Assembly: GCF_000270205.1 (NCBI RefSeq)
Contig: NC_015913.1
Coordinates: 180,001-212,000, forward strand
Source: Candidatus Arthromitus sp. SFB-mouse-Japan
GTDB taxonomy: Bacteria; Bacillota; Clostridia; Clostridiales; Clostridiaceae
Length of the DNA: 32,000 nucleotides
Reading direction: 5' to 3'
Position numbers and translations under genes: made by a program. A model generated the notes under the pieces. The model worked only from the letters and a program-made list of their open reading frames with translations. It did no database searches and was not told the DNA's origin. Shown piece by piece: positions 12,464 to 22,401 of this stretch (position 1 is the stretch's first letter; the number at the start of each line of letters is the position of its first letter).

Positions 12464-13357
12464 TTGGAATTAATACAGTTTTTACAGAGTTTTTCCTCTG
12501 ATATATTAAATATTATTATGTTAATTATAACATCATTTGGAAGCGCTTATTTTCCAATATGCATAATATGTATTATTTACTGGTGTTATAATAAAGATGT
12601 AGGCTTTAAACTTGCTATTATTATGGCTTGTTCAGGGGTTTTAAATAGTATTGTTAAAAATTTAGTTCAGTCGCCTCGTCCTATTGGAGTAGATGGTATA
12701 AAGTCTATTGGAGAATTTTCTGCTAAAGGATATTCATTTCCGAGCGGACACACTCAGAATATAACGGTTTTTAGTACAAGTTTAGCTATATTCATGAGAA
12801 GTAAAATGGTACTTTTTATAAGTATTATTTTTATATTTTTGGTTGGGTTATCAAGGCTATATTTAGGATTACATTGGCCTATCGATATTTTAGGCGGGAT
12901 TATATTAGCTATTATAGTTTCTATAGTTTTAAACGAGGTATTAATAAAGCTTGATAGTTTTAAAACTAATATATTTATAGGAAGTTTAATCTTAATATTT
13001 TTTCTGGGAATACTTCTCGTAGGAAATAATTTTATGGGAGAAGATTATTATAAGACTATGGGCATATTTGTTGGAGTTTTTTTGGGACATTTATTTGAAT
13101 ATAGATATGTTAATTTTTCTCCTGAGGCAAGTAATGTAGATAATATAATGAAAATTATATTAGGTATATCTACAACAGCATTATTATATATAGTTCTTAG
13201 TTACATATTTAAAATATTTTCTATGCCTTTATTTTATATGGTTAAGTATCTTATATTAGGTTTTTGGATGTTTGGTGTTGTTCCTCTTATTTTTAAATTA
13301 AGTAATCTTTATTATAAGGAAGCGTATGAAATAACTAATATTAAATATAGGAAGTAA
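12464..13357 (+). CDS. PAP2-family membrane phosphatase (undecaprenyl-diphosphatase/lipid phosphatase type)
   Basis: All three PAP2 motifs are intact: KNLVQSPRP, PSGH, SRLYLGLHWPIDIL. The track start (TTG 12410) lies inside the upstream gene. TTG 12464 sits 8 nt after GGAGGA (12450-12455), 2 nt after the upstream stop. Confidence 0.85.
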   Translation: MELIQFLQSFSSDILNIIMLIITSFGSAYFPICIICIIYWCYNKDVGFKLAIIMACSGVLNSIVKNLVQSPRPIGVDGIKSIGEFSAKGYSFPSGHTQNITVFSTSLAIFMRSKMVLFISIIFIFLVGLSRLYLGLHWPIDILGGIILAIIVSIVLNEVLIKLDSFKTNIFIGSLILIFFLGILLVGNNFMGEDYYKTMGIFVGVFLGHLFEYRYVNFSPEASNVDNIMKIILGISTTALLYIVLSYIFKIFSMPLFYMVKYLILGFWMFGVVPLIFKLSNLYYKEAYEITNIKYRK

Positions 13358-13390
13358 AAACAGCTTAGAAATTTATTCTAAGCTGTTTTT
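13356..13390. terminator. bidirectional rho-independent terminator between convergent genes
   Basis: AAAAACAGCTTAGAA / TTCTAAGCTGTTTTT, a perfect 15-bp inverted repeat with a 5-nt loop. An A-run on one side and a T-run on the other. Confidence 0.8.
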
Positions 13391-14106
13391 TATAATACTT
13401 TACTTAAGAACTCTTTAGCACGAGCACTTTTGGTATTGTTAAAGAATTCGTACGGAGAATTTTCTTCAATTATTTCCCCATTATCCATAAAAATTATTTT
13501 ATTTGATACTTTTTTTGCAAAGTTCATTTCATGAGTAACTATAATCATAGTCATTCCTTCATTGGCAAGTTCGTGTATAACGTGAAGAACCTCTTTAACC
13601 ATTTCTGGATCTAATGCAGAGGTTGGTTCGTCAAATAGTAGTACATGTGGTTTGTTTGCAAGAGATCTTGCTATTGCAATTCTTTGTTTTTGTCCACCAG
13701 ATAATTTTGATGGATAGCTATCTTTTTTATTGACTAATCCTACTTTTTTAAGTAAATATAATGCTAACTCCTTAGCTTCTTCTTTAGGTACATTTTTGAC
13801 TTTTATAGGTCCTAAAGTTATATTTTCAAGTACAGTCATATGAGGAAATAGATTAAAATGTTGAAATACCATTCCCATATTTTCTCTTATTTTATTTATA
13901 TTGGTTTTTTGTATATTTGTATCTTCGAAAATAATTTCACCATTAGTAGGTATTTCTAATAAATTCATGCATCTAAGTAGAGTACTTTTTCCAGATCCAC
14001 TTGGACCAATAATAGATATTACATCGCCTTTTTTTATGTTACATGAAATGTTTTTAAGTACATGATGTTTACCGAAATATTTATTTAAATTTTTAATTTT
14101 AATCAT
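13390..14106 (-). CDS. polar amino-acid ABC transporter ATP-binding protein (GlnQ/ArtP type)
   Basis: All motifs are intact: [10 protein letters not shown]-loop [40 protein letters not shown]. Confidence 0.95.
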   Translation of the reverse strand: MIKIKNLNKYFGKHHVLKNISCNIKKGDVISIIGPSGSGKSTLLRCMNLLEIPTNGEIIFEDTNIQKTNINKIRENMGMVFQHFNLFPHMTVLENITLGPIKVKNVPKEEAKELALYLLKKVGLVNKKDSYPSKLSGGQKQRIAIARSLANKPHVLLFDEPTSALDPEMVKEVLHVIHELANEGMTMIIVTHEMNFAKKVSNKIIFMDNGEIIEENSPYEFFNNTKSARAKEFLSKVL

Positions 14107-14743
14107 TATCTTTATTTAATTTCCTTTCAAAATAATGTATAAATTTTGATAAAGTAAATGTTATTATTAAATATATTAGAGCAGCAACTAGTAGAGGTTC
14201 TAAGGTTAAATACGTTAAGCTCCTTATTTGGTTTGCTTTATACATTAAATCTGCTAGTCCTATATAAGAAACAATAGCTGATTCCTTTATAAGTACTACA
14301 AATTCGTTTGCAAGTGCTGGGAGTATATTTTTAATAGCTTGAGGAATTATAATTAGTTTCATTGCGTTGAAATGATTCATTCCAAGACTTTTTGCAGCCT
14401 CCATTTGGCCTTTATTTATAGATATTATACCAGCTCTCATTATTTCAGCTATATATGCTGCACTATTTAAAGATAATGCAATAGATGCTGATGTAAGTTC
14501 TGTCATATTTATTTTAAGACCATAATGTATAATAATTAATTGTACGATTAATGGAGTACCGCGTATAATCTCAATATATATAGATGCTATTGCTCTTAAT
14601 ATTTTGTATTTTGAAATCTTTAGTATGCATATTACAAGTCCAAGTATGCTTCCAAATATTATTGTAATTAAAGCTAAAAGTAGAGTTAATTTTATACCAT
14701 CTAGAAAGAATGGATAATATTTTATTAAAAAACTGAAATTCAA
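14099..14743 (-). CDS. amino-acid ABC transporter permease (His/Glu/Gln/Arg/opine family)
   Basis: EAA-loop [23 protein letters not shown] and five hydrophobic segments. TTG start 9 nt after GGAGG. Overlaps the ATPase gene by 8 nt. Confidence 0.9.
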   Translation of the reverse strand: MNFSFLIKYYPFFLDGIKLTLLLALITIIFGSILGLVICILKISKYKILRAIASIYIEIIRGTPLIVQLIIIHYGLKINMTELTSASIALSLNSAAYIAEIMRAGIISINKGQMEAAKSLGMNHFNAMKLIIIPQAIKNILPALANEFVVLIKESAIVSYIGLADLMYKANQIRSLTYLTLEPLLVAALIYLIITFTLSKFIHYFERKLNKDND

Positions 14744-14767
14744 AAATCAATACCTCCATTTTATATT

Positions 14768-15571
14768 TTATTTATTAAGTTTTTCTGAGATTTTAATTGA
14801 TTCATTGAAGAATTCATTGATTTTGCCTTCTTTAATTAATCTTGAAATTGTTTTGTTAATTTCAGCGAGTAAATCTTCTTGTCCTTTTTTAATACCAACA
14901 GCAGATCCTGCAACTTCATTATTTAAAATTTTGTCATTTATTACTGTTAATTCAGGATTTTTCTTTTGATATTGAAGTGCAACTGGCATTTCCATTAGTA
15001 TTGCATCAACTTTTTTAGATAATAACTCAAGAACTAATTCAGGTATTCTTAGGAGTGTTTTTATTTCAGAATTTTTTAAATATTCATGAGCAAGTCTATC
15101 TTGAATACTTCCGAGTTGTACACCCACAGTTAAATTATTTAAATCATTTATAGATTTAATATTATTATTTAAAGTAAGTATAACGTGTTGAGCTGTATAG
15201 TATATTTCTGAGAAATCTATACTTTGCCTTCTTTCTTCTGTTGGAGATATTCCAGATAATATAAAGTCTACATTGTTTGAGTTTAATGCATCCAGTAGTC
15301 CAGAAAAGTCTAAATTTTTAATTACAAGTTCTACTCCTAAATCTTTTGCAATTTCTTTTGCAATTTCTATATCAAATCCAACTATTTGTTCATTTCCATT
15401 TTTATCTATAAAAGGGAATTCATATGGTGGATAATCCGCAGAAGTTCCCAGAGTTATTTCCCCTTTTTCTTTTATTGATTCTAATTTATTTTCATTTGAA
15501 TTGCATGATATCAAAAATATGGGTAGTATAAGGATTAAAAGCAACCTATTTAATATTTTGTTTAAATTCAT
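14768..15571 (-). CDS. amino-acid ABC transporter substrate-binding lipoprotein (SBP family 3)
   Basis: Signal peptide with lipobox FLISC. GTSADYPPYEF and the DFILSGISPTEER pattern are typical of family-3 solute-binding proteins. Confidence 0.9.
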   Translation of the reverse strand: MNLNKILNRLLLILILPIFLISCNSNENKLESIKEKGEITLGTSADYPPYEFPFIDKNGNEQIVGFDIEIAKEIAKDLGVELVIKNLDFSGLLDALNSNNVDFILSGISPTEERRQSIDFSEIYYTAQHVILTLNNNIKSINDLNNLTVGVQLGSIQDRLAHEYLKNSEIKTLLRIPELVLELLSKKVDAILMEMPVALQYQKKNPELTVINDKILNNEVAGSAVGIKKGQEDLLAEINKTISRLIKEGKINEFFNESIKISEKLNK

Positions 15572-15686
15572 TTTTAATAAAACTCCTTACATAATTCTAA
15601 TAATAATGTATAATTATACATTATTTTATATTTTGTATTCAATCAAAATATTTTTATGTAATAAATGCTGTATAAGCTTGAAATAT

Positions 15687-15709
15687 ATATGCTATAATAT
15701 TTAGCATAT
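15687..15709. promoter_or_regulatory. inverted repeat overlapping an extended -10 (possible operator/promoter in a divergent intergenic region)
   Basis: ATATGCTA-N7-TAGCATAT. TGcTATAAT lies at 15690-15698 with no good -35. About 40 nt upstream of the 15740 ORF. Confidence 0.3.
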
Positions 15710-15739
15710 TATAGTAAGAAATTTTAATAGGGGAAACTT

Positions 15740-16423
15740 ATGAGTTATTTATTGCGGTTTAAGAGGAATAAAAAGGAAATAATTTGGACTTTTATTATTA
15801 CATGTGCACTGGTATGTCTCTCGGCTTTTATGTTTTTATATAATAGATATATTATATATGTTAAGAATATGGAGGCTTCACAAGTAAATTTAACGAATCA
15901 CTTGAATTATACTTATAGGGATAAATTTTATGGTAATATTGATGTTGATTATGATATTAATTCTAATACATATATTGGGACTGTCGATTTTTATATACCA
16001 AATGAGACATATACTTTTACTTTATCTTCTAGAGGACATATAATAGGGGATGGATATCTTCATAATAATAAAGATAATTTAATAAGCCAAAGATTTGCAA
16101 GGCAATTAAGAGAGAGTTTAGAAGAAGATTTAAAAGATGAATTTCCAGAAATATTTAAAATATATACTGAAATGCAAGTGCTAAAAGGTAAGTATGATCA
16201 CAAGGATTTTTATAATAAAAATATTGATGAACCACATGTGGTTCATATATATCTAAATACAAAATATATAATTTCTAAGAAGAGATTTAATGATATAGTA
16301 AAGGATATAAAAAATGTATTAATGGAACGAGGATATACAAATTTAAATAATGTTCATGTCAATTACATGGTGAGAAAAGAAGCACCAGCACTTTATTATT
16401 CTCCAATAGATTTTAGTAATTAA
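15740..16423 (+). CDS. hypothetical membrane-anchored protein (227 aa)
   Basis: Long ORF with one N-terminal TM (IIWTFIITCALVCLSAFMFLY), followed by a terminator. No motif recognised. Confidence 0.6.
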   Translation: MSYLLRFKRNKKEIIWTFIITCALVCLSAFMFLYNRYIIYVKNMEASQVNLTNHLNYTYRDKFYGNIDVDYDINSNTYIGTVDFYIPNETYTFTLSSRGHIIGDGYLHNNKDNLISQRFARQLRESLEEDLKDEFPEIFKIYTEMQVLKGKYDHKDFYNKNIDEPHVVHIYLNTKYIISKKRFNDIVKDIKNVLMERGYTNLNNVHVNYMVRKEAPALYYSPIDFSN

Positions 16424-16455
16424 AAAATAGGGCGATAGTATCTGCCCTATTTTTT
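16422..16455. terminator. bidirectional rho-independent terminator
   Basis: AAAAAATAGGGC ... GCCCTATTTTTT inverted repeat between convergent genes. Confidence 0.8.
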
Positions 16456-17920
16456 AAAGCAATGATGAAAATAATCTTGCTATATTTTCGTATAATCGTT
16501 GGTATATTGATATATTTTTAAATGATTCTATGTTTGCAAGAGTACTATTTTCAATATCTTTTTTAAATATATCTATAAATTTATTACAAATATTATGATC
16601 GTATATTATTAAATTTAATTCATAATTGAGTTCGAAGCTTCTTATATCAATGTTGGTACTTCCAACAGTTACAATATAATCATCAATTATTATAAATTTA
16701 GAGTGTATAAATGAATTTACATCATAAAAATATATTTTACATCCAATATTTGAAAGTTCTCTTAAGTATGTTCTTGATGCATAATAGACTAGCTTATGAT
16801 CAGGTTTTCCGGGGAATATTATGCTTATTTCTACACCTGATAATATGGAAATTTTTAATATATCAAGAAATCCAGTTGATGGGATAAAATATGGGGTGCA
16901 AATTCGTATAGTTTTTTTAGCTATACTTATGAGTTTTATTATAGGAAGTATCATACTATCTTTTGATAAATTAGGACCACTTTTTATTATTTGAGTTAAT
17001 AATATATTGTCTTTTTTAGGTTTTGGGAAATAATTTGATATATCATTTATTATATCTTCTTTCGAATAATTTTTATTTTTTAGTTTTTTTAAATTTGTAT
17101 AATCATCTATGAAAACATCCTGTATAGCAAGGGAACATTCTCCTTTTATCATTAAATGTGTATCTCTCCAATTTCCAATAGATGATCTGCCGAGATATTC
17201 ATCACCAATATTAATTCCACCAGTAAAACTAGTATTTCCATCTATTATAACTATTTTTCTATGATTTCTATAATTTATATGGGTGTTTATAAGTTTTAAA
17301 AATGGTGTTGACATGTATGAGTAAAATAATACATCAATTCCATTACATTTGAGTTCATTTATATATTTTTTAGGTAGCTTATGACACCCTATTTTATCCA
17401 ATATAAATCTTATTTTTACGCCCTCTTTAGATTTTTTAATGAGTATATCTTTTATTTCATTTCCGATATGATCATCTCTTACTATGAAGTATTCCATATG
17501 TATGTGATGTTTTGCATTAATTAATTCTTTTTTTAATGATTCAAATTTTTGTATGCCATGTGAAAATATTTCTATTTTTGAATGTTTAATTAAGGGAGAT
17601 ATATTAATTTTAGAAACTAAATCTATTGTTTGTATAATTTCATCATAATCACTATTTTTTGGTATGAAATCAGTTGAATTATTATTTAGTGTGTAGTTAA
17701 ATAAATTAAGATTAGACAATAAATTATTTTTTAAATAAGGTCTTCGTATGTCTTTTCCAAGAAATGAATAGAATATGAAACCTATGGGCCCAAAAAAGAC
17801 CAATATTAAAATCCATAGTAGTGTTTTTTCGGGAGAGCGTTTTTCGTTTATTAGTACAAAAAATACTATTGATAAATTTATTATAAAGAAAGAAATCATA
17901 ATTAAATTTAAGTATTGCAT
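16454..17920 (-). CDS. cls: cardiolipin synthase (phospholipase D family)
   Basis: Two HKD motifs (HRKIVIIDG...GGINIGDEY and HSKFIIIDD...GSTNID) and two N-terminal TMs. The start is moved to the ATG at 17920 (MQYLNL), which lies 6 nt after AAGGAG, rather than the track start at 17959. Confidence 0.92.
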   Translation of the reverse strand: MQYLNLIMISFFIINLSIVFFVLINEKRSPEKTLLWILILVFFGPIGFIFYSFLGKDIRRPYLKNNLLSNLNLFNYTLNNNSTDFIPKNSDYDEIIQTIDLVSKINISPLIKHSKIEIFSHGIQKFESLKKELINAKHHIHMEYFIVRDDHIGNEIKDILIKKSKEGVKIRFILDKIGCHKLPKKYINELKCNGIDVLFYSYMSTPFLKLINTHINYRNHRKIVIIDGNTSFTGGINIGDEYLGRSSIGNWRDTHLMIKGECSLAIQDVFIDDYTNLKKLKNKNYSKEDIINDISNYFPKPKKDNILLTQIIKSGPNLSKDSMILPIIKLISIAKKTIRICTPYFIPSTGFLDILKISILSGVEISIIFPGKPDHKLVYYASRTYLRELSNIGCKIYFYDVNSFIHSKFIIIDDYIVTVGSTNIDIRSFELNYELNLIIYDHNICNKFIDIFKKDIENSTLANIESFKNISIYQRLYENIARLFSSLL

Positions 17921-18098
17921 ATTAATCTCCTTAAAGTTAAATAAAAAAAGTAATGACATTAATTAATAAATATTTTATACTTAAATTCAAGTTTTAAATA
18001 TATTATTATTAAGTATATTTATAAAATATTTGTAACATAATTTATAATATATAAGAACTTAAGGTAAAAATTTGCTTTAATACAAGGGGGGTAATCTT

Positions 18099-18353
18099 AT
18101 GAAAAAAATAAATAAGGGAACTGCTATTGCAGCAATATCAGCAATAGGCATAGCATCAGTTGTAACTATAGCAGGAGTTGTATCTAAAACTTTAAAGAGA
18201 AATTTAATTAAGGATTTAAATGATTCTGACTTTAAAGATTTTAATTCATATGGTAAATGTTGTTCTTCAAATCATAATATAAAGGATGATTCCTATGATG
18301 AGGTTTTAAGACATAGAAAAGGTAGATATTATCAAAAAATGGGAATGTATTAA
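18099..18353 (+). CDS. small hypothetical membrane protein (84 aa)
   Basis: RBS AAGGGGGG. N-terminal TM (GTAIAAISAIGIASVVTIAGVV) and a basic C-terminus, followed by a terminator. Confidence 0.5.
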   Translation: MKKINKGTAIAAISAIGIASVVTIAGVVSKTLKRNLIKDLNDSDFKDFNSYGKCCSSNHNIKDDSYDEVLRHRKGRYYQKMGMY

Positions 18354-18357
18354 TAAG

Positions 18358-18390
18358 GTACTTGCATATGCAAGTACTTTTTATTTTTTA
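18358..18390 (+). terminator. rho-independent terminator
   Basis: GTACTTGCATATGCAAGTAC palindromic hairpin followed by TTTTTATTTTTT. Confidence 0.75.
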
Positions 18391-18459
18391 CGTAATAAAA
18401 AATAGTATAGTGAGGTAAGATAATCGTATGTTTACTTTTGTTATTTAGGATGGTGAATC

Positions 18460-18834
18460 TTGTTAAGTGTAAGGAGAATATTAGGAAAGGTACTTAAGTT
18501 ATCTATTTTATCAATTATGTTGATAATAATTGGAATCTTAATATTTATAAATAAAAATATTAAAGGAGCGGTAATTTCAAATGGTTTTTTTAATGAGTTT
18601 CCTAAAATTCATGTTGATTTTAATGAATGGGATGATAGAGTTGATGTATTTCAGATAAATAGGGAGTTTGCTAGGAGCTTTTTTCTACCGTATCCTAATC
18701 GTGAAACTTTATTGATGGATGTTAAGAATGAACCATTAAATAGTGTAAGGATAAAAGATTCTGATAATATTAGAGTTTTAAATGGTAAATGGAGATTTTT
18801 TCACTTGATTATGCACCAGAAGATAGAAATTTAG
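18460..18834 (+). CDS. N-terminal fragment of the GH2 beta-galactosidase (signal anchor plus start of the sugar-binding domain), out of frame with the main ORF
   Basis: TM LSILSIMLIIIGILIFI. Then EWDDRVDVFQINREFARSFFLPYPN...LNGKWRFF matches the LacZ N-terminal pattern (W.n..v..iNr...h..f..y ... LNGxWxF). The frame is lost at the T6 run 18796-18801. Confidence 0.7.
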   Translation: MLSVRRILGKVLKLSILSIMLIIIGILIFINKNIKGAVISNGFFNEFPKIHVDFNEWDDRVDVFQINREFARSFFLPYPNRETLLMDVKNEPLNSVRIKDSDNIRVLNGKWRFFHLIMHQKIEI

Positions 18835-21800
18835 ATTTTTATAGGAGAGATTATGATGTATCTAGTTGGGAATATATAAATGTGCCGAGTAATTGGCAAA
18901 TGGAGGGATATGATTTCCCCATATATGTTAATTTTAGATATCCTTGGACTGGATTTGAAAATTTAGAATTTTATAAGGCTCCTAAGATTTTTAATCCTGT
19001 TGGTAATTATAGGAGAGATTTTTATGTAGATGAATCTTGGCTTGATGATAAAGTTTACATATCATTTCAGGGTGTTGAATCTTGTTTTTATTTATGGATA
19101 AATGGAGGATTTGTTGGATATAGTGAGGATAGTTTTTCACCTAGCGAGTTTGATGTTACCGATTTTTTAGTATGTGGTAATAATTCTATATCTGTTCAGG
19201 TTTTTAGATGGTGTGATGGAAGTTTTATTGAAGATCAGGATTTTATTCGGTTAAGTGGAATTTTTAGGGATGTATTTTTATATAGAACCCCTAAGATACA
19301 TATTGCAGATTTTGAGGTTATAACTAAAGCGGATGATAACTATATGAATTTTGATTTGTTAGTTAATATTAATATGCTCAATCACATTAATGAGAATAGG
19401 AATTATACCATATCGGCCGTTATATTTGACGAGAAATGGAATTTAATAAATAGTGTTGAGAATATGGGTAATTTTGACAGGAATTATCCATATAGAGATG
19501 CTATCAAGAGTGATTTTAGTTTATGTTTGAATATAAAAGAGCCTAATAGATGGTCGGCAGAGGAACCTAATTTATATAATTTAATAATTTCTCTTAAAAA
19601 TGATTTGCTTAATGAAACACAATCAATACATACAAGGGTTGGATTTAGAGCATTTGAGATAAAAGGAAATAAAATGTACATAAATGGGAAACCGATTTTG
19701 TTTAAGGGTGTAAATAGACATGAAACTCATCCATTAAAAGGAAGGGCATTATCTACACTGGATATGGAATTCGATATAAGAGAGATTAAGAAAAATAATA
19801 TAAACTCTGTAAGAACTTCACATTATCCTAATCATCCTTATTTTATTTCATTATGTAATGAATATGGAATTTATGTAGTTGATGAGGGTAATATAGAGGC
19901 ACATGGCGTTGAGGGTGAGATACCTGGGAATAAAGAGATTTGGAAGAATGCATGTTTTGATAGAATTAATTCACTTGTAGAGAGAGATAAGAATAATCCT
20001 AGTGTTTTAATATGGTCTCTTGGAAATGAGAGTGGAGGAGGAAGTGTATTTAGAGATTTATATAATTATGTTAGTTTAAGAGATGGAACCAGAGTAATAC
20101 ACTATGAAGGCGAGAGAGATGAATACTATGCAAGTGATGTTGTAAGTAAAATGTATGTTAAAATAGATGACATTGAGAAACAGAGTAAATATATGTATCA
20201 CAAGCCTTATATTTTGTGTGAATATGCTCATTCTATGGGAAATAGTGGTGGAAGTTTAGATAAATATATTGAAAAATTTGAGAGTATTGATAATGTTCAG
20301 GGAGGATTTATATGGGATTTTATAGATCAAGGAATTTATAGAGATGTTCCTGATATGGGTATTTTTATTAATTCTCATAGTATATTTCATGGAGATTTTG
20401 AAGGATATATAGAAAATGGATACAAAGATAAAGGGTATAGGGGATGTATATTCTATGATAATGTTAGTAATTTAAAGTTTGATGAATTTACCATAGATTT
20501 AAAGGTAAAACCAAGTGTATATGAGGGAGAAGGATGTGTTTATCTAAAGAAAGGTAATGAATTTGGATTAAGGGAAATTATGAATTATGATAAGTCTAAT
20601 AATAGGGCTGTTGAATTTTATGTAAGAGATAATTCTGGGATATTTGAGACAATTGTATTTATAACACCTAAGGATTGGGTGAATAATTTTCATAGTGTAA
20701 GTGCGATATATAAAAATAAGATTATGAGATTATTTATAGATGATAATTTGGTTGGAGAGAAGACATTTAATTATAATATAGCATATTTCAAAGATGGTAT
20801 TCAAATTGGAGGAAATGATGGTTATACTCACTGTGAAAGTATGAATGGGATAATAGATGAGGTTAAGTTATTTTCTAAAGGAATGGATATAGAGGAATTA
20901 CGTAAAAAGAGTTTTTATAATATAGATGCTACAAGGATAATATGGAATGATTTTGATAATGAGAGAAATATGATTATGAAAAAATTATCCAGAGATAAAT
21001 ATTTGGCTACGGGAGGTGACTTCAATGATTCTCCAAATGATTCTGCATTTTGTGCTAATGGTATATTGTTAGCATCTAGAAAGATTAAACCACAAGTAAG
21101 TGAGGTTAAGTATGCATATCAAAATATAGATATTAGGGATTATGATATTTTAAATGGTAAAGTAATTATTAAAAATAAAAACTTATTTAAAAATTTAAGA
21201 GATTATATATTGAAATGGGACTATTTAGTTGATGGCAAAATAGTAAGAGGAGATACAGCTATAGTTAATGTTGATCCCATGAGTGAAATTATATTTAATG
21301 TACATGATATGGATAAAATTAAGGATTTAAATGGAAAAGAATTTTTTTTAAATATTGGATTTGTATTAAATGAAAGTACAAATTGGGGTAACAGGGGGTT
21401 TGAAATATCAAGGAATCAATTAAAAATAAACTTAGATAATTTGTTTTATGAAGTAGGTAATGTTAGCAAGGTAGTTCAAAATTTTATGATTGATGATTTG
21501 TCGGATAAATTGGAAATTAAATCTAAAGAATATTATATTGGATTTAATAAAATATCAGGTACTCTCCAAAATTATAGGTATAAGAATGAGGATTTAATAA
21601 ATTCTGAATTATATGTTGATTTTTGGAATCCATTAAATGATAACGAAAGATTATGTAATATATATAATAAGATAGTATTCTGGAAAAATATATTTAATAG
21701 AAGTAGGAATAATAGTTACAATATTTTGCATGAAGATGGTTGTATATTGGTAAAATTTTACAAACCAATCTATGATTTAAATAATTCAGTTCTTATTACA

Positions 21801-22352
21801 ACATATAAGATAGATGAGTACGGGGAAATTAGTATTGAGCTATATATGGAGTTATTAAAGAATGGTATACCGCATGCTAGGTCAGTAGGATTTAAGATAT
21901 TTATACCTACTAATTTTAAAAATATTGAGTATTACGGAAGAGGACCATTAGAAAATTATAATGATCGAAATAAAGGTAGTAATTTAGGAGAATATAAAAG
22001 CGATGTAGATAGTCAATTTACAGATTATATGACTCCTCAAAGAACAGGGAATATAACAGATATTAGATGGATAAATTTTTATAGGAACAATGGTATAGGT
22101 ATTAGAATCAAATATATTAATGAATTTCTTCAAATAAATGTTAGTTCATATAATGATGATGAATTTGAGAAAAAACATTCTTATCAAATGAATAAATATT
22201 CGTCAATTATAGTAAATGTTAGATCAAAGGATTATGGAAGCACATTCGAAAGTTTTGAAGATGAATGTATTAACTATATTGATAAAAATCATATATATAA
22301 TTTTTCATTCAAATTATCACCTTTATTAACGGATAATGTATTAATTAATTGA
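18789..22352 (+). CDS. GH2 beta-galactosidase (LacZ-like) main ORF with an inserted LamG/ConA-like domain
   Basis: VPSNWQMEGYDFPIYVNFRYPW, NRHETHP, acid/base WSLGNESGGG, nucleophile ILCEYAHSMGNSGG, GGFIWDFIDQ, GGDFNDSPND, and the C-terminal YYGRGPLENYNDR...PQRTGN small-chain domain. No SD precedes the ATG at 18789, so the true gene probably starts at 18460. Confidence 0.9.
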   Translation: MEIFSLDYAPEDRNLDFYRRDYDVSSWEYINVPSNWQMEGYDFPIYVNFRYPWTGFENLEFYKAPKIFNPVGNYRRDFYVDESWLDDKVYISFQGVESCFYLWINGGFVGYSEDSFSPSEFDVTDFLVCGNNSISVQVFRWCDGSFIEDQDFIRLSGIFRDVFLYRTPKIHIADFEVITKADDNYMNFDLLVNINMLNHINENRNYTISAVIFDEKWNLINSVENMGNFDRNYPYRDAIKSDFSLCLNIKEPNRWSAEEPNLYNLIISLKNDLLNETQSIHTRVGFRAFEIKGNKMYINGKPILFKGVNRHETHPLKGRALSTLDMEFDIREIKKNNINSVRTSHYPNHPYFISLCNEYGIYVVDEGNIEAHGVEGEIPGNKEIWKNACFDRINSLVERDKNNPSVLIWSLGNESGGGSVFRDLYNYVSLRDGTRVIHYEGERDEYYASDVVSKMYVKIDDIEKQSKYMYHKPYILCEYAHSMGNSGGSLDKYIEKFESIDNVQGGFIWDFIDQGIYRDVPDMGIFINSHSIFHGDFEGYIENGYKDKGYRGCIFYDNVSNLKFDEFTIDLKVKPSVYEGEGCVYLKKGNEFGLREIMNYDKSNNRAVEFYVRDNSGIFETIVFITPKDWVNNFHSVSAIYKNKIMRLFIDDNLVGEKTFNYNIAYFKDGIQIGGNDGYTHCESMNGIIDEVKLFSKGMDIEELRKKSFYNIDATRIIWNDFDNERNMIMKKLSRDKYLATGGDFNDSPNDSAFCANGILLASRKIKPQVSEVKYAYQNIDIRDYDILNGKVIIKNKNLFKNLRDYILKWDYLVDGKIVRGDTAIVNVDPMSEIIFNVHDMDKIKDLNGKEFFLNIGFVLNESTNWGNRGFEISRNQLKINLDNLFYEVGNVSKVVQNFMIDDLSDKLEIKSKEYYIGFNKISGTLQNYRYKNEDLINSELYVDFWNPLNDNERLCNIYNKIVFWKNIFNRSRNNSYNILHEDGCILVKFYKPIYDLNNSVLITTYKIDEYGEISIELYMELLKNGIPHARSVGFKIFIPTNFKNIEYYGRGPLENYNDRNKGSNLGEYKSDVDSQFTDYMTPQRTGNITDIRWINFYRNNGIGIRIKYINEFLQINVSSYNDDEFEKKHSYQMNKYSSIIVNVRSKDYGSTFESFEDECINYIDKNHIYNFSFKLSPLLTDNVLIN

Positions 22353-22401
22353 ACACTGAATCTTGAATTAGAATATAAGTCCATTGTTTTAATTAATATA
22401 T

